DNA from: Candidatus Eiseniibacteriota bacterium
GTDB lineage: Bacteria; Eisenbacteria; RBG-16-71-46
Direction of reading: 5' to 3'
Length of the DNA: 64,000 nt
Assembly (NCBI GenBank): GCA_038231135.1
Contig: JBBRLX010000002.1
Coordinates: 32,001 to 96,000 of the forward strand
In this document: positions 61,397 through 64,000 of the stretch, piece after piece
Layout of the letters: each line of letters starts with the position of its first letter
Position numbering within the stretch: position 1 is the first letter of the stretch
Notes under the pieces: model-generated
What the model saw: only the letters and a program-made list of their open reading frames with translations
What the model was told of the DNA's origin: nothing
Database searches by the model: none
Position numbers and translations under genes: made by a program

Positions 61397-63998
61397 CGAG
61401 CTGCAACCTCCATTGGGCGCCGGGGCCGTAGTTCGACGGGTCGTCGACCGTGCCGGTCCGGACGAAATCATTGAGGCCGTTGACGTGGTTCGGATCGAAG
61501 GCGCCCTTGCCCCATACGTAACCCTGGCCGGTGACCGGATCCACCCGGTAGATCAGATGGGCGTTGAAGATGTTGGTGCCCTGGACACTCAGGTCGAACC
61601 GGCGGCTCATCAGCTGGAAGTAGTGATTCAGCTTGAGGTCCGTCGTGATCTGGAACGGCGCATTCTGCGAATACGGCAGGCCGATCGGGTTCTGACGCGA
61701 GATGTCGGACGGCGTGTAGGCGCGACCCGACGTGCCCTGCACGAACAGGTTGAGGCCGGTCTGCTTGAGGAAGCCGAATCCGTGCGGGGCTTCCTTGTCG
61801 TACCGCACGTCGAAGTTCGCGGACACCTTGTGCGGCCGGTTCCAGCTCACGAACACCTCGGACAGGCGGGTCTCCGAGCTGCCGCCGATCTCCTGCAGCG
61901 CCCGCTCCTCGTTCGGATTGCTGCTCTTGCCCTTGGTCTGCTGGTACGAATACGACAGCTTCGCCGACCAGTGGTTCGAGCGCCGCTTCTCGACCTCGAC
62001 CTCGAGCCCCTTGGATCGCGAGAAGTGCCCGTTGAGATAGATGAAGTACGACTGGATGTTCGTGCCGCTGAGCGGGTCGACGCGGGTCGCGCTGGGATAG
62101 TCGTAGACGTCACGCACGAAGAACGTGAGATTCACCGCCGCGGTCGGCAGGAACTGGTGTTTGGCGCCGACCTCGTAGTTCACCGAGATCTGCGGGTTCA
62201 GGTTCGGGTTGCCCTGCAGCGGGAACGACTCGCTCGAGATCGAGTTGAGCTTCGAATAGACGTAGCGGTACGACGGGATCTGGGTGAACTGCCCGTAGTT
62301 GAAGAAGAAGCTGCTGTTCTCGGTGATCGGATGCGACACGATCACGCGCGGCGACACGTGGACCTTCGTGCGCCGGCCGAACAGCGACTGGGTCTCGCTG
62401 TAGAAGCCGTTGCGCTCCTCGGCGGCGATGTTGTGGCGCGCGGTGTCGGCGAGCGCCGCCTCGGCTTCGCGCCCGATCACCCAGTAGTCGGCGCGCACGC
62501 CGACGTTGGCGACGAAGCCCTCGTACTCCAGCCGGTCGCGCAGGAACAGGTCGCCGATCCACGGGTGCGCGATCCACAGGTCGTGCGACTGCCCGAGCCC
62601 GTTCTTGTCGAAGATCCACGGATACTCGATGTCGAGGTACTGGACGGTCTGGAACTGGTGCTCGATGCCGAACTCGACCTCGTTGTGGTGCATGCGCTGG
62701 GTGAGGTTCCAGTTGAGTCCCCAGCTCGTCGTGCGACGGTCCGCCCACTGATAGTTGTCGCCGGTGTCGTTGAAATAGTCGTTCCGGCGCGGATCGCCGA
62801 CGGGGAAGCTGCGATCGTCGGGTTCGACGAAGTCCTGCCACATCTTGCCGCCGACGTCCTGGCGCTGGGCGTAGAAGTACCGCGAGATCTGGGCTTCGGT
62901 GTAGCCGGTGGTCGACAGCGTGCGCCGCCACTGCAGCTCCGACGTGACGTTGTCCTCGAAGAACGTGGCGGCGTGGTCGATGCGGTGCGCCCACTGCCAC
63001 GGGTACGCGGGGTCGCCGAGATCGCCCTGCGCCGAGAGGAACGTGCGGCTGAAGCCCTGGTCGATCGCGATGCGCTTCGAGTACGAGTAGTTGAGCTTGT
63101 CGGTGTCGTTGGGTTTCCACTGCAAGCCATAGCGGCCGGCCCAGCGGTTGTCCTGCGACGGCGACCAGTAGTCGGGGTAGGTGAACTTGTGGCCGAAGAA
63201 CGAGTCCTCGTAGCTGGACTTGAGCCGCGGATGCAGATAGGGCGGCAGCAGCGTGCGATCGAGCAGGCTCGCGTTCTTGTCGTTGAGGTAGCTGAACCGG
63301 GTCTCGAACAACGATCCCGACACGTCGAGAATCGTCGAGAACGAACCGGGCAGATGGATGCCGACGCGGTTCAGGAGCGGTGTCCACAGCGGATCGGGGC
63401 CGCTGGTGACGAGCTGCCACGCCCGCCCGCCGTAGCTGCCCGACGATGTCGTGAGGCCGAGCTGGAACTTGTCGGTGCCGTCCTTGAGCTTGATCTCGAC
63501 CACGCCGGACAGCGCGTTGCCGTAGCGCACGTCGTAGGCGCCGGTGGCAACGTTGACCTCGGACACCGAGCGCGCGTTGAGCTGGCCCGCCGTGGACTGG
63601 CCGGTGACGAGATCGCGGTTCGCGACGCCGTTCACGACGAACACCGTCTCGTCGGCGCGGCCGCCGCGGATGTGGATCTGCTCCGCGTCGGTGCTGACGC
63701 CGGCCTGCTGCTGCAGCACGTCGCCCACCGTGGTGACCGCCAGGTTGCGGATGTCGTTCGCGGTGACGCTGCGGAGCGTGGCGCCCTGCTTCACCTCGAC
63801 GAGACGCCGCTCGGCCGTGACCTCGACGGTCTTCTCCTCGCGCACAATGATGTCCTCGAGCTGGAAGTTCACCGGGATCGGCTTGCCGGCGGTGACCACG
63901 ACTCCCGGCTGCGAGCCGGGCTTGTAGCCGAGGAACTGGACGCGCACTTCATAGGTGCCGACCGGCACGCCCGTCACGAGGTAGTCGCCCTCGGAGCT
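61383..63998 (-). CDS. TonB-dependent receptor, SusC-like with N-terminal carboxypeptidase-regulatory-like domain (5' partial)
   Basis: 'VPVGTYEV...FLGY', plug 'IHIRGGR.DE...V.G','TGAYD..YGNALSGVV', barrel 'SPR...SHPI','GNPNL.P....YE.G', C-terminal Phe. Frame is open to the window edge. Confidence 0.93.
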   Translation of the reverse strand, partial: SSEGDYLVTGVPVGTYEVRVQFLGYKPGSQPGVVVTAGKPIPVNFQLEDIIVREEKTVEVTAERRLVEVKQGATLRSVTANDIRNLAVTTVGDVLQQQAGVSTDAEQIHIRGGRADETVFVVNGVANRDLVTGQSTAGQLNARSVSEVNVATGAYDVRYGNALSGVVEIKLKDGTDKFQLGLTTSSGSYGGRAWQLVTSGPDPLWTPLLNRVGIHLPGSFSTILDVSGSLFETRFSYLNDKNASLLDRTLLPPYLHPRLKSSYEDSFFGHKFTYPDYWSPSQDNRWAGRYGLQWKPNDTDKLNYSYSKRIAIDQGFSRTFLSAQGDLGDPAYPWQWAHRIDHAATFFEDNVTSELQWRRTLSTTGYTEAQISRYFYAQRQDVGGKMWQDFVEPDDRSFPVGDPRRNDYFNDTGDNYQWADRRTTSWGLNWNLTQRMHHNEVEFGIEHQFQTVQYLDIEYPWIFDKNGLGQSHDLWIAHPWIGDLFLRDRLEYEGFVANVGVRADYWVIGREAEAALADTARHNIAAEERNGFYSETQSLFGRRTKVHVSPRVIVSHPITENSSFFFNYGQFTQIPSYRYVYSKLNSISSESFPLQGNPNLNPQISVNYEVGAKHQFLPTAAVNLTFFVRDVYDYPSATRVDPLSGTNIQSYFIYLNGHFSRSKGLEVEVEKRRSNHWSAKLSYSYQQTKGKSSNPNEERALQEIGGSSETRLSEVFVSWNRPHKVSANFDVRYDKEAPHGFGFLKQTGLNLFVQGTSGRAYTPSDISRQNPIGLPYSQNAPFQITTDLKLNHYFQLMSRRFDLSVQGTNIFNAHLIYRVDPVTGQGYVWGKGAFDPNHVNGLNDFVRTGTVDDPSNYGPGAQWRLQLDVDF

Positions 63999-64000
63999 CG

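Overview
High-GC bacterial chromosomal segment with about 50 tightly packed CDS. I recognised no rRNA, tRNA, CRISPR array, transposase or integrase. Six secreted proteins end in T9SS-type-A/FlgD-like C-terminal sorting domains (CTDs), and there are two PorV-like barrels and a SusC-like TonB-dependent receptor. This points to an FCB-related lineage such as Ca. Eisenbacteria (inference from gene content). Housekeeping genes: clpB, speA, aceE, metH, a 2-oxoacid dehydrogenase E2, and a lipB-(IscA/ErpA-like)-DUF2203-like-nadA-lipA operon. There are four peptidases (archaemetzincin, M1, S9, M3). An S9 peptidase and a hybrid kinase are translationally coupled to an fpvK/C/D/E-like metal ABC module. 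Two accessory stretches (about 1-8 kb and 33.5-38.9 kb) are rich in surface proteins. The best candidate for an undescribed system is the coupled operon at 55.8-64 kb: TonB-dependent receptor, PorV-like barrel, NHL lipoprotein, variant-CTD protein and an Ig-domain lipoprotein. It has no recognisable SusD and is followed by a separately promoted, non-catalytic tandem OB-fold CTD protein. It may be a PUL-like uptake machine with a PorV-tethered lid, possibly for nucleic acids. All family calls come from motif recognition by eye; no searches were run.
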